DNA of 64,000 nucleotides from Obrimoposthia wandeli (GCA_977020255.1 CDROCS010000506.1:744001-808000); one strand, 5' to 3'; positions 39,521 through 50,127 are shown, numbered from the stretch's first letter. Numbers and translations are program-made. Notes: generated by a model not told the origin, from the letters alone.

Positions 39521-41977
39521 TTAACGGCTAACCGCGTTTAATTGCCAAATGTTGTTAGCATAATCACGAATACTGCGATCAGAGCTGAACTTACCATTAC
39601 GTGCTGTGTTTAAAATTGCCATTTTTGCCCAGCCTTGCTGGTCGCAATATTGCTTATCAATGCGTGCTTGCGCTTGTACATAATCAGCAAAGTCAGCTAA
39701 TACCAGATACGGGTCGCCGCCTTCTAATAAGCTATGGCGGGTGGCATTCAATAAACCAGGTTGACCCGGCGTAAATTCATCACCTTGTAATAAATCTAAC
39801 GATGCACGCAGTAATTGGTCTGAATTATAATAATCATTGGCGTTATAACCTTGCGCCTGTAGTGCTTGCACTTCATCAACATTAAGACCAAAAATAAAGA
39901 TGTTGTCGTCACCGACTTCTTCACGGATCTCCACGTTAGCACCATCCATCGTACCAATCGTCAATGCACCATTAAGCGCCATCTTCATATTACCGGTACC
40001 AGAGGCTTCTTTACCCGCTGTCGAGATCTGTTCAGACACATCTGCTGCTGGGATAATGATTTCTGCTAGACTGACACGATAATCCGGCATAAATACTACT
40101 TTTAAGGTATCACCGATTCGCGGATCGTTGTTAATCTTTTCTGCCACCTTGTTAATTGCAAAGATAATTTCTTTAGCTAGCTCATATCCTGGCGCTGCTT
40201 TTGAAGCAAAAATAAACACCCTTGGCTGCATGCTGAAATCTGCATCGTTAATTAAACGGTGATACAGCGACAAAATATGTAATAAATTAAGGTGCTGGCG
40301 CTTATATTCATGCAGACGTTTTATCTGTACATCAAAGATGGCATCAGGATTTAAGGTAATATCCATGTGCTCAGCAACCCAATCCGCTAAACGCTGTTTG
40401 TTGGCTTTTTTCACTTGCATAAAGTCAGCTTGGAATTGACTGTCCTCGGCAAACTTTTCTAATTTTGTTAACTGGTCGAGATCTTTAATCCAACCATTAC
40501 CAATTTTACTGCTAATTAAATTAGACAATAACGGGTTACAGAACTTCACCCAACGACGTGGCGTAACACCATTGGTAACGTTATGTAATCGACCAGGGAA
40601 AAGCTCATTAAATTCAGGGAATAAATCACGTTTCACTAACTCAGAATGCATCGCAGCAACACCGTTTACCGCATACGTACTGGCAACACATAAGTTCGCC
40701 ATGCGTACGCGGCGCTCGCTACCTTCTTGGATAATAGACAGCTTGCGTAATTTATCTAAATCGTTTGGCCATTTGTCTGCAACTGCGCCCATTAGACGTA
40801 AATTGATATCAAAGATGATCTCCATGTGACGTGGTAATAACGTCATCATCAAGTTTTCACCCCAAGTCTCTAGTGCTTCAGGTAACAAGGTATGGTTAGT
40901 ATAAGCAAAGGTTTTTGAGCTAATCGCCCACGCGTCATCCCAGCTTAATTTATGCTCATCAAGCAAGATGCGTAATAATTCAGGAATAGCTATCGTTGGA
41001 TGGGTATCGTTAAGTTGAATAGACTCTAACTTAGCTAAATCCGTGATGGCATGACCAGCCGCTTTATGACGACGTAAAATATCGCCAACTGAACAAGCAC
41101 AATGGAAATACTGCTGCATTAAGCGCAGTTCTTTACCTTTATCGTGATTATCATTTGGGTATAATACTTTGGTTAGGTTGCCAGCTTGAATATTGCTCGC
41201 TTGCGCTGCAACATAATTACCTTCGTCAAAACGATCAAGATTAAACGGTGCAGGCGCGCGACATTCCCATAAACGCAGTGGATACACCGAATTATTGTTA
41301 TAACCAACAATCGGTAAATCCCACGCCATACCTTCTACTTGTAAACCTGGTACCCAGCGGCGTTGGCTGATGCGATCATTATCTGTGTATTCTTCAACAT
41401 GACCATAAAAACCGACTTTTTGCGCTAACTCAGGACGAATAACTTCCCAAGGATAACCCGTTTCATCACGCCATACATCCGGCGCTTCTTGTTGACGTCC
41501 GTCATCAAAGCTTTGCTTAAATAGACCGTATTCATAATGTAAGCCATAACCTACCGCAGGATATTCTTCCGCTGCCAATGAATCCATGAAACAAGCAGCT
41601 AAACGGCCTAAACCACCATTACCGAGTGCAGGGTCGCGCTCTTCTTCTAATAAGTCAGTCAGGTTTTGACCAAACTCAGCCATCGCGACAGTAACTTCTT
41701 CATACAGACCCATGCTGATCAGGTTATTACCAGTCAAGCGGCCAATCAGGAATTCTAATGATAGGTAGTTAACGCTACGGGCATTTTTTATTTTCGGATC
41801 TTGCTCTGTAGCCAACAAGTTCATCGTGGTTGTTTCTGCTAGTGCATATTCCATTGCTAAGCGCCACGTATGGGCATCTGCTTGCGCTGGTACTGTGACT
41901 AATTTTGTCGTTAGGTATCTATTAACGGCGGCTTGGAATGCTGTTTTATCAAAGCTTTTGTTTACTGTCGATTTCAT
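39521..41977 (-). CDS. malP: Maltodextrin/glycogen phosphorylase
   Basis: LGNGGLGRLAACF, QLNDTHP, KRLHEYKRQ, EASGTGNMK, FSSDRSI. Confidence 0.96.
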   Translation of the reverse strand: MKSTVNKSFDKTAFQAAVNRYLTTKLVTVPAQADAHTWRLAMEYALAETTTMNLLATEQDPKIKNARSVNYLSLEFLIGRLTGNNLISMGLYEEVTVAMAEFGQNLTDLLEEERDPALGNGGLGRLAACFMDSLAAEEYPAVGYGLHYEYGLFKQSFDDGRQQEAPDVWRDETGYPWEVIRPELAQKVGFYGHVEEYTDNDRISQRRWVPGLQVEGMAWDLPIVGYNNNSVYPLRLWECRAPAPFNLDRFDEGNYVAAQASNIQAGNLTKVLYPNDNHDKGKELRLMQQYFHCACSVGDILRRHKAAGHAITDLAKLESIQLNDTHPTIAIPELLRILLDEHKLSWDDAWAISSKTFAYTNHTLLPEALETWGENLMMTLLPRHMEIIFDINLRLMGAVADKWPNDLDKLRKLSIIQEGSERRVRMANLCVASTYAVNGVAAMHSELVKRDLFPEFNELFPGRLHNVTNGVTPRRWVKFCNPLLSNLISSKIGNGWIKDLDQLTKLEKFAEDSQFQADFMQVKKANKQRLADWVAEHMDITLNPDAIFDVQIKRLHEYKRQHLNLLHILSLYHRLINDADFSMQPRVFIFASKAAPGYELAKEIIFAINKVAEKINNDPRIGDTLKVVFMPDYRVSLAEIIIPAADVSEQISTAGKEASGTGNMKMALNGALTIGTMDGANVEIREEVGDDNIFIFGLNVDEVQALQAQGYNANDYYNSDQLLRASLDLLQGDEFTPGQPGLLNATRHSLLEGGDPYLVLADFADYVQAQARIDKQYCDQQGWAKMAILNTARNGKFSSDRSIRDYANNIWQLNAVSR

Positions 41978-42111
41978 CTTACATCCTAATGTTAATACGG
42001 CACTTTTGTGTTAGTCCGGTTCTAATCTGGTTTTAAGATCAAAACGGCAGGTTCAAAGTTAAGGCTAAAGTTAAGGTTAAATTTAAAGTTAAAACTAAAT
42101 AAATTTTCGAT

Positions 42112-42174
42112 GGATGAATCTTGCCTTAATCCGTAAATGCCAACATCCTCCTACGCCTACAAATTCAAGGAGGA
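42112..42174. promoter_or_regulatory. MalT boxes in the malP promoter
   Basis: GGATGA (42112), TCCTCC (about 42146), GGAGGA (42169) match GGA(G/T)GA. Confidence 0.65.
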
Positions 42175-42178
42175 GTGG

Positions 42179-42222
42179 TTTAGGTGTAGTTTAGGTTTAG
42201 TGTAGGTTTAGCCTAGGCGTAG
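42179..42222. repeat. Four imperfect 11-bp tandem units (NNTAGGYKTAG)
   Basis: tttaggtgtag tttaggtttag tgtaggtttag cctaggcgtag. Confidence 0.8.
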
Positions 42223-42251
42223 ATGTGTCGACTTCGAGGTTGCATGCGAGT

Positions 42252-42273
42252 CGGCGTGATATGACTCGCATTT
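42252..42273. promoter_or_regulatory. CRP-like site upstream of malP
   Basis: CGTGA-tatgac-TCGCA; a second weaker site AGTGA-tttaag-TCGCG at about 42298. Confidence 0.6.
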
Positions 42274-42427
42274 TATGGGGGTGGATGAATTAATTTAAGT
42301 GATTTAAGTCGCGTTATTCGCCAATCTAGATCACCTTTCACTTGCCTAAACGGTAGATAGTTAAGCGAGAGTTAAACAAGTGCCGGAGATTAAAAAGCAC
42401 TAACCTAAGGAATTAATATTAAAACGG

Positions 42428-44188
42428 TTATGAAACAGTCGACATAATGATCGCACGACTGCTTAGTCCTGCTGCCAGCTTTACCGTTAAGCTAGCGGTT
42501 GGCCGTGGATGCAACGCCTCACCAGTCCAGAGATCTCGCCACATCACCGGAGAATCAGCCACCAAGGTGTGTTCAACGGCTTCACTATCGGCGTAATTAA
42601 ACAAACAGTGCAGTTGATACTGATGCGCTAATTGCAAAATACTGTGGTTATTAGCTAACGATTGGAACTGTGCCGATTCTTGGCTTAAGCGCTGACGAGT
42701 AAGTAGCTTAGCCCAAGTCTGTCGAGCAAATCCCGTTAATAACGGTAAGGGATCGCCGGATAAGGTTAAGCCACCAGCAGCCAAGATCACATCACGATGA
42801 AATTCATAATTATCTTGATCTGTCTCTTGGTCAACTAACGAGGTTAAGGTAATGCAATCAGGATCTATTTGCCATAATTGGCGATGTTGCCAACTGCGAT
42901 TAAACGTTTCTTTGGCTATTTGTTCAAAACGTTCAGGTCGTCGTTCAACATCATCAGACACTCGCATCGCATCGACTAATCCCAGCGACGGCCACATCGG
43001 TGCATTACAACCAAGCACCAACGCATCACCCGCACCGTCAATAATCGCCTGCATGCCTAAACGATACGCTTCAACACCCGTGATGCCTTTCTGTAATCGC
43101 TGACCGCGTAAGCTCCCCCAATAATTTGCGTCTAACTTAAATAGCTCTACGCCCCACTCTTGCTGCATAGTGCGAACAACTTTGGTTAAATGTCTTTGCA
43201 CTTCAACATTGGAAGTATCAAGAATATACCAAGGTGTGCAACGCCAGCCGCCATAAGTAATGTCTTCCGCTTTTAATAAGTCGTCTTTTAACAAGTCATC
43301 ATTAGCATGACGAATAAACCAATCAGGATGTTGTTTAAATATTTCAGATTCAGCTTGAGCGATAAACGGCGCTAACCAAATCGCAGGTTTTTTGCCTTTG
43401 GCTTTAATCGACTGTAATAAGCTTTTAATCCCGTGTGGGAATTTATCTGATGGTGTTAACCAATCCCCCATGAAAGCCTGATAACCATCATCAAGCAGCA
43501 CCCACTCCAATTCAGTTTGGCCGTGGCACATCACATCCACATTATCTAAAATATGTTGCTCAGTTACCTCGGCATAATAAGCATACCAAGAACACCAACC
43601 GACAGGTGCATCGGCAGTTACCCCAGCACGACGTGGATGTTGCTGCTGGATCTTAGCGCTATAGTCAGCATAGACATCCGCTAACACCGTACCCTTAATG
43701 ACAGTAATAGCTTCCATCTGTTTACTGCGCCAATCTTGCGTCTGCGTATGTTCACCATCGATAAAGGCAATGATGTTCATACCAGCTTGCTGTTGCTGGA
43801 TCTCAAAATAACCAGCAAAGCGGTGACACGAGGTAAAACCAAACAAGGTAAACCCATCCGTTTGTTCAATGACTAAATAATTATAAAAACGCTTCGCTGC
43901 ATGTTCAGGGTATAAACGATAACTGGCATTATTATCGGGGCAACGGCCAATATCTTGCGGTGCATTCAGCTGGCCACCCGTTTGCGCCAACATCTGAAAT
44001 CCATCACCGAGGATTTTGGCATCCTGTTCAAGCAGCGTCGGAAACTGCAGCACAGCAAAGTGATCATCAATTATCTGGTTATCTAGCCCATTAAATTGCA
44101 GCGTAATTTGCTCATTAATGAGTGCATAACTGAGGTCGGATTGCAGTGGAATAGCGATTTGAGAATTAGCAAATATCATTGAAGTCAT
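42428..44188 (-). CDS. Glycoside hydrolase family 36 (alpha-galactosidase-like)
   Basis: PVGWCSWYAYY, LLDDGYQ, IWLAPF, LFKLDANY nucleophile, MRVSDD acid/base. Confidence 0.85.
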   Translation of the reverse strand: MTSMIFANSQIAIPLQSDLSYALINEQITLQFNGLDNQIIDDHFAVLQFPTLLEQDAKILGDGFQMLAQTGGQLNAPQDIGRCPDNNASYRLYPEHAAKRFYNYLVIEQTDGFTLFGFTSCHRFAGYFEIQQQQAGMNIIAFIDGEHTQTQDWRSKQMEAITVIKGTVLADVYADYSAKIQQQHPRRAGVTADAPVGWCSWYAYYAEVTEQHILDNVDVMCHGQTELEWVLLDDGYQAFMGDWLTPSDKFPHGIKSLLQSIKAKGKKPAIWLAPFIAQAESEIFKQHPDWFIRHANDDLLKDDLLKAEDITYGGWRCTPWYILDTSNVEVQRHLTKVVRTMQQEWGVELFKLDANYWGSLRGQRLQKGITGVEAYRLGMQAIIDGAGDALVLGCNAPMWPSLGLVDAMRVSDDVERRPERFEQIAKETFNRSWQHRQLWQIDPDCITLTSLVDQETDQDNYEFHRDVILAAGGLTLSGDPLPLLTGFARQTWAKLLTRQRLSQESAQFQSLANNHSILQLAHQYQLHCLFNYADSEAVEHTLVADSPVMWRDLWTGEALHPRPTASLTVKLAAGLSSRAIIMSTVS

Positions 44189-44339
44189 GTCAATAACCTT
44201 ATAAATATTGTTGAAATAATAATACGTTACTCCTAATCACTAGAATTAGGGAATTTTAATGTCTTTTTTATGTCATTTAAATGTAACAAAGTGAAACAAA
44301 CAGTGGGTTTATCACCGTTTTTCCTATCATATTTAGGTA

Positions 44340-44416
44340 TTATTTAGTTATTGTTTATTACTTAGTTATTACTTAGTTATTTATTACTGAGTTGTTACTG
44401 AGTTATTACCTCGTTA
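44340..44416. repeat. About six imperfect 11-bp tandem units (TTACTKAGTTA) between GH36 and malT
   Basis: ttatttagtta / ttacttagtta x2 / ttactgagttg / ttactgagtta / ttacctcgtta. Confidence 0.85.
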
Positions 44417-44493
44417 TATAAGTAAGTAATGACAAGACTAGAAAAGCAGTAAGACGCTGTCTCGCCTTCATACTCGGAAAAATAGAATAGCTT

Positions 44494-47205
44494 ATGTGGA
44501 TAACATCAAAATTAAATCGCCCAACTCGCCTGCACAACTCGATCACTCGCACACGCATTTTAGATCATCTCCAAGAAGCGGCATTTAATAAATTAGTCTT
44601 ATTTCGCTCTCCTGCTGGTTACGGTAAAACCACCATGGCCGCCCAATGGCTTAAAGATAACAGCCAAGTTGGTTGGTTTAACATTGATGAAACCGATAAC
44701 GATACCTTTCGTTTTGTGAACTATTTTATTCAAGCAATTAATAAGGTTACCGAGCAATCTTGCCTCAATTCGCAAGCATTAGCCGAACGTCGCCAATACA
44801 GTTCGCTGCCGAATTTATTCAGTGAATTGTTTGCCGAACTAGCGAATTATCAAAGTGACTTTTACCTAGTATTGGATGATTATCACTGTATTAACAATGA
44901 TGAGATCCATGAAGGTCTACGTTTCTTCCTTAAATACATGCCAGCGAACTGCACGTTAGTCGTCACCAGCCGCACCCTACCACCGCTGAATACCGCTAAT
45001 TTACGTATTCGCGATTTGCTCATTGAACTAGACAGTGAACTGTTAGCATTTGATGACCAAGAAATAGCGCAATTTTTTGAACAACGGATCGGCTCTATCC
45101 TGGGCGATACCGAGATCAAAGCATTACAGGAAAAGATAGAAGGCTGGCCATCGGCATTACAACTAATCGCCCTGCAAGTAAAACAGAAACAGCACAGTGT
45201 CGCCGAATCGACAGAATGGATATCGCAAATCAAGCAATCGCATTTGTGGGACTATTTGGCCGAAGAAGTATTTGATTTATTGGACGAGCCATTACAAGTA
45301 TTTTTAATGCAGTGCTCAGTCTTTACTATTTTCAATACCAGCTTAATCACTGAGTTTTTTGATAATGAAGCAGCCAATAATTTACTCGAATCATTAGATA
45401 AGCACGGACTATTCCTGCATTCCCTTGAGGGGGAACAGCACTGGTATCGATTCCATAATCTGTTCGCTGATTTTTTGAAACACCAACGCCATACCAAGCT
45501 AGCCCAAAGTAGCAAACAGTTACATAAAGATGCCGCGCGTGCTTGGTTAAAACATGATAATCCCCAGCAAGCCCTGTTCCATGCCCAACGTGCGAAAGAC
45601 TGCGAACTAACCGCCGAGATCTTATTAGCACACGGCTGGCACATGTTTAATCAAGGTGAATTAGAAAACTTAGAAACGACCATAAGTCTACTGCAACCAG
45701 AGACCTTATATCAAAGCCCACGCCTGCCGTTATTACGAGCTTGGTTAGCCCAAAGCCAACACAGTTATGATCAAGTTGGCGATTTATTGGCACAAGCATT
45801 AATCGAATTAACACAGCGTAATATCGAGCTTAGCATAGCCGAACAAGGCGAGTTCAATGCGCTGCGTGCACAAGTAGCAATGAACCAGAACAACCCAGAA
45901 TTAGCACTGCAACTGGCTGAAAATGCCCTTGAACAGTTAGACCCAAGTAATTACCGTAGCCGCATTGTCGCCACTTCGGTGATTGGTGAAGTAAACCATG
46001 TGATCGGTCATTTAGATCGCGCGTTATCTATGATGCAGCAAGCTGAACGCATGGCACGTCAATATCATGTTTATCCGCAAGCATTGTGGTCGCTGTTACA
46101 ACAAAGCGAGATTTTAATTGCTCAAGGTCATATCCAATCGGCGTTTGAATTACTCGACAGTGCCGATCAACTGGCTGACAAACAACACCTACAACAATTA
46201 CCCTTGTATGAATTTTTACAACGTATTCGCAGTCAAATTTACTGGCGCTGGAATCATTTAGACCTAGCGGAGGAATATGCGCATAAAGGCTTAAATGTAT
46301 TACCGAAATATTGCCAATCTAAACACCTACAATCGTATGCAATCTTAGCCCGCGTACACATATCACGTGGAGAACTGGATAAAGCCGGTCGTTACATCGA
46401 CTTGTGTGGTGAGCTTATCGAACAGTCAGACTTCCATGCCGACTGGATAGCCAATGCTAACTTTTCGCAATTGCTGTATTGGCAAGCAAAAGGCATGACG
46501 AGCGCTGTAGAACTATGGTTACAACAAAGCCTGCCAGTTGCTGACAACGCCTGTAATCACTTTACCCAGAGTCACGGGCGTAATATCGCCCGTGCTTACT
46601 TGCTGACAGAGAATTACAGCCAAGCATTGCAAACGTTAGCGTATTTACAACAGGCTGCTACGCAACATCAACTGGCCTTTGAACAACAAAAAAATGCCAC
46701 TTTAGAAGCCGTTGTTTACAGCCAAGCAGGCGATGAAGCTCAAGCGCTAGATAAATTACAGACCGCGTTGACGATGGCCAATAGCACCAGCTCTATTTGT
46801 GACTTTTTGATTGACGCTAAAGTGATTGCAGAATTACTTAACAGCTTATTAAAACAAGGCAATATGGCGGAATTAGAACGCTATCGCGCTGAAAAACTAC
46901 TCGCAGAAATGTCGATAAAACGTCACAACCGAGCGGTTTATTTTGATAAGGATTTTGTGCATAAACTATTGAACAATCAAGATGTGCCAGAACTGATCCG
47001 TACTAGTCCATTGACCCATCGAGAGTGGCAAGTGTTGGGGTTGATTTACTCGCGTTACAGCAATGAACAGATCTCGATAGAATTAGACGTCGCGTCAACG
47101 ACCATCAAAACTCATATTCGCAATCTGTATCAAAAGTTGAATATTGCGAATCGTAAAGAAGCGATTGAAACTGCAGAGAACTTATTGAAGATGATTGGCT
47201 ATTAA
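44494..47205 (+). CDS. malT: HTH-type transcriptional activator MalT (STAND ATPase, LuxR HTH)
   Basis: SPAGYGKTT, LVLDDYH, WYRFHNLF, C-terminal IRTSPLTHREWQVLGLIYSRYSNEQI. Confidence 0.97.
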   Translation: MWITSKLNRPTRLHNSITRTRILDHLQEAAFNKLVLFRSPAGYGKTTMAAQWLKDNSQVGWFNIDETDNDTFRFVNYFIQAINKVTEQSCLNSQALAERRQYSSLPNLFSELFAELANYQSDFYLVLDDYHCINNDEIHEGLRFFLKYMPANCTLVVTSRTLPPLNTANLRIRDLLIELDSELLAFDDQEIAQFFEQRIGSILGDTEIKALQEKIEGWPSALQLIALQVKQKQHSVAESTEWISQIKQSHLWDYLAEEVFDLLDEPLQVFLMQCSVFTIFNTSLITEFFDNEAANNLLESLDKHGLFLHSLEGEQHWYRFHNLFADFLKHQRHTKLAQSSKQLHKDAARAWLKHDNPQQALFHAQRAKDCELTAEILLAHGWHMFNQGELENLETTISLLQPETLYQSPRLPLLRAWLAQSQHSYDQVGDLLAQALIELTQRNIELSIAEQGEFNALRAQVAMNQNNPELALQLAENALEQLDPSNYRSRIVATSVIGEVNHVIGHLDRALSMMQQAERMARQYHVYPQALWSLLQQSEILIAQGHIQSAFELLDSADQLADKQHLQQLPLYEFLQRIRSQIYWRWNHLDLAEEYAHKGLNVLPKYCQSKHLQSYAILARVHISRGELDKAGRYIDLCGELIEQSDFHADWIANANFSQLLYWQAKGMTSAVELWLQQSLPVADNACNHFTQSHGRNIARAYLLTENYSQALQTLAYLQQAATQHQLAFEQQKNATLEAVVYSQAGDEAQALDKLQTALTMANSTSSICDFLIDAKVIAELLNSLLKQGNMAELERYRAEKLLAEMSIKRHNRAVYFDKDFVHKLLNNQDVPELIRTSPLTHREWQVLGLIYSRYSNEQISIELDVASTTIKTHIRNLYQKLNIANRKEAIETAENLLKMIGY

Positions 47206-47242
47206 CGCTAATCAGTAAAGATTAAGATGCTAGCTGGCGATT

Positions 47243-47566
47243 TTAACAAAGTACTGTTAGCATCTTTTTTATATTATCTAGGCTAATGCCGCCCATCTGT
47301 TCTGGGTCTGCTAACGCGTAGATATAACCTTCGATATCGCTGTATTCCAGCTCATCTCGACATTCGATAAAATTAGCCCAAAGTTCTAAATCATCGGCGT
47401 CGATGTCACCTGACATGTACTTGGTTAATACCAGTATCAGCGCGTGACTATCGACACTCATCACTTCGAAACTCGGATCCCAACCAAACTTGGCCAAGGC
47501 GCTAACCGCCATGTCACGTTGTTCACCAAATGCTATAATCTGTTCTAATGCTTGTTGTCTGTTCAT
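47243..47566 (-). CDS. Hypothetical 107-aa acidic protein
   Basis: Clean ORF filling the gap; DLELWANFIECRDELEY; no motif I can assign. Confidence 0.7.
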   Translation of the reverse strand: MNRQQALEQIIAFGEQRDMAVSALAKFGWDPSFEVMSVDSHALILVLTKYMSGDIDADDLELWANFIECRDELEYSDIEGYIYALADPEQMGGISLDNIKKMLTVLC

Positions 47567-47729
47567 CGTTTAAGGTGTCCGTAAACATTAACTGAGTATG
47601 AATAAGTTACTCAGTCTGGATTCAGTATAGGTGTTATATAGTCGTCACCTAAAGCAATATATAGAAACGACATATATCGCTGCCGAGGTAGATCTAGAGC
47701 CTCGCATTTATCAACCGAGAAGTCACTCA

Positions 47730-49064
47730 ATGAAATCTATTCATTATGCTTTTATAGCAATTTTAACTACTTCCTTAGCACTCTGGTTAGGCACTGAACA
47801 TGCGCTATCCACCCCGCTACAATTTTGGCCGCTGCGTAAAACTATTATCTATGGTTCAGGTATTATTGCGACCATCGCAATGTCATTCTCGACCTTATTA
47901 GCCATTAGACATTTTTTCTCTGATTCCTTTTTAGATGGCTTGGATAAACGTTATAAATTGCATAAATGGCTGGGAATCGCCGGATTCGTTGCAGCGGTGA
48001 CGCATTGGTTATTTATCAAAGCGCCAAAGTGGTTAGTGGATTTAGACATATTGATCAAACCAATCAAAAACAAACACGGCAACGGTGAAACCCTGTCTTG
48101 GCTTGGCAATTTTTTCGACTACCAGCGTCACTTTGCTAAAGACATTGGCGAGTGGGCATTTTACGCCTTGATTATCTTGGTGTTGATGATGCTGAGCAAA
48201 AAAATAACCTATAAACTCGCACGCCAAAGTCATAAGTTAATGCCTGTCGTTTATCTGGTACTCGCTTATCATTCGCTGGTATTGATGAAGATGGCTGATT
48301 GGTTTACCCCTCTGGGCATTTTTCTGATGTTGGTATTAGTCGTCGGCAGCATCAGCGCCTGCATCGCCTTGCTCGGTAAAATCGGTCATTCAAAGCAAGC
48401 TCATGGCGAGATAAGCGCGCTGCAGCATTATACCGATAACAAAGTGCTCGCGGTGACTATCAAACTCACCACCCCATGGCCGGGTCATGATGCAGGCCAA
48501 TATGCCTTTGTGACATTTGATAAGAAAGAAGGACCACACCCATTTTCTATTACTTCAAGCTGGGATGACAATGGCGAGATAGGCTTTAATATCAAGCAGA
48601 TTGGCGATTACGTTAATACCTTGCCTCACAGCCTTGCTATTGGTGACAATGCGGTTGTCGAAGGCCCTTATGGTAATTTTAATTTAGACAGTGGCAAGCA
48701 ACAACATATTTGGATTGCAGGCGGTATCGGCATCGCGCCATTTTTATCGCAGCTGGACAATTTAACAGGCAAACAGCAGCAAGCGGATATCAACCTATTT
48801 TACACCACCAATATGCCGGATGAGGCCTTTATTCAGCAGTTACATGAGCGTTGTGAACGAGCTGGCGTCACCTTACATATTATTAATACCAACCAACGTG
48901 GCGTATTGACGGCTACTGAAATAGCAACTGCAATTAATCATTACCCTACTACCGATGTTTGGTTTTGTGGCCCGGCCAAATTCGGTCATGTACTTAAATC
49001 ATATTTTGTTAAGGCGGGATTAGCACAGCATGATTTTCATCAAGAAGCATTTGATATGCGTTAA
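47730..49064 (+). CDS. Ferric-reductase-like transmembrane plus FAD/NAD-binding oxidoreductase
   Basis: His-bearing TMs (LHKWLG, THWL, SHKL, AYHS), HPFSITS, EGPYG, IAGGIGIAPF, FCGP; start placed at the ATG at 47730. Confidence 0.88.
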   Translation: MKSIHYAFIAILTTSLALWLGTEHALSTPLQFWPLRKTIIYGSGIIATIAMSFSTLLAIRHFFSDSFLDGLDKRYKLHKWLGIAGFVAAVTHWLFIKAPKWLVDLDILIKPIKNKHGNGETLSWLGNFFDYQRHFAKDIGEWAFYALIILVLMMLSKKITYKLARQSHKLMPVVYLVLAYHSLVLMKMADWFTPLGIFLMLVLVVGSISACIALLGKIGHSKQAHGEISALQHYTDNKVLAVTIKLTTPWPGHDAGQYAFVTFDKKEGPHPFSITSSWDDNGEIGFNIKQIGDYVNTLPHSLAIGDNAVVEGPYGNFNLDSGKQQHIWIAGGIGIAPFLSQLDNLTGKQQQADINLFYTTNMPDEAFIQQLHERCERAGVTLHIINTNQRGVLTATEIATAINHYPTTDVWFCGPAKFGHVLKSYFVKAGLAQHDFHQEAFDMR

Positions 49065-49090
49065 CGGCATGCTCATCGTTTCAGCTTTGG

Positions 49091-49795
49091 TTATAAATTT
49101 TTCAGGTAAGCTGTCCCACCTAATGATCGCACTGCCTTTTTAATTTGTGCCGCGCGGCTTAATACATAAGAGGAAGGGTGTGCAGCAGACATTCGTTTTG
49201 GATTCGGTAATACCGCAGCTAACAACGCGGCCTGATGAGCACTAATACGTGCGGCTGAACGGGAAAATAATTTTCGACTCGCAGTTCCAACACCATACAC
49301 TGCGGGTGCGAATTCAACTACGTTAAGATAAACCTCTAAAATTCTGCGTTTCGGTAAAAACACCTCTATCAAGATGGTGAAGTATGCTTCGACCCCTTTT
49401 CTAACTAGGCTGCGTCCGGGCCACAAATAAAGGTTTTTAACCAGTTGTTGGCTAATGGTGCTCGCTCCACGCGTTTGTTTTCTATTTTCTGTTAATGCTT
49501 TATAAAGAGAATCAAAATCAAAACCTAAATGGTCGGGGAATTTCTGATCTTCCGATGCAATGATCGCAATTGGCAGCGTTTTAGCAATGTTTTCATAGGC
49601 CACCCAATCTAGATAGATTATGTTTTTATCGGTAAACATCTCTTGAATAATAAAGGTGGTGGTAAAAGGATTCAACCAACGTAAAGGCAGGGTCAGCATG
49701 ATACTAGCCATAAACAAGCTAGAGAGAGTAATCATTACATAACCTAATATGCGCTTTTTAAAACTCTTCTTATGAGACTTTCTGTTATTTTTCAT
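49091..49795 (-). CDS. mtgA: Monofunctional peptidoglycan transglycosylase
   Basis: IIASEDQKF, RGASTISQQLVKNLYLW, RKGVE, ILEVYLNVVEF, LAAVLPNP. Confidence 0.95.
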   Translation of the reverse strand: MKNNRKSHKKSFKKRILGYVMITLSSLFMASIMLTLPLRWLNPFTTTFIIQEMFTDKNIIYLDWVAYENIAKTLPIAIIASEDQKFPDHLGFDFDSLYKALTENRKQTRGASTISQQLVKNLYLWPGRSLVRKGVEAYFTILIEVFLPKRRILEVYLNVVEFAPAVYGVGTASRKLFSRSAARISAHQAALLAAVLPNPKRMSAAHPSSYVLSRAAQIKKAVRSLGGTAYLKNL

Positions 49796-50032
49796 TGTTA
49801 AGAATCTAAGGAGAAATTAGTTTTATTATAGCAATAATATTTATTTTTAATGATTAAATCAGTGATGTTGAAGTGGATGAGTAAAACTAGTGATGAGTTT
49901 GTAGGTTGCTATATGCACTGTGAGTGCAAAATAGTTTAGGTTGAACATCCTAAGCCATTAATGGACAGGAATGGCTTAGAGTTTGGTCTTTAAAGGGTAT
50001 TGTTCGCATTACAGAAAGTATGGGTAAATTGA

Positions 50033-50127
50033 GATTGACGCCGCGTTAAGTAATGAGCAATGCAAACACCCAACCTTGAACCAAGAATACTAAACGTTGG
50101 GAGCCAGTCTTAAACGCTATGTTATGT
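50033..50127 (+). mobile_element. Degenerate integron attC-like site (VCR/VXR-type)
   Basis: R'' GATTGAC (TAAC changed to TGAC), spacer gccgc, L'' GTTAAG ... L' CTTAAAC, spacer gctat, R' GTTATGT. Confidence 0.7.

Noticed and set aside
44340-44416. Tandem repeats as a possible CRISPR array
   Set aside because: Units are 11 bp and contiguous, with no unique spacers and no cas genes.
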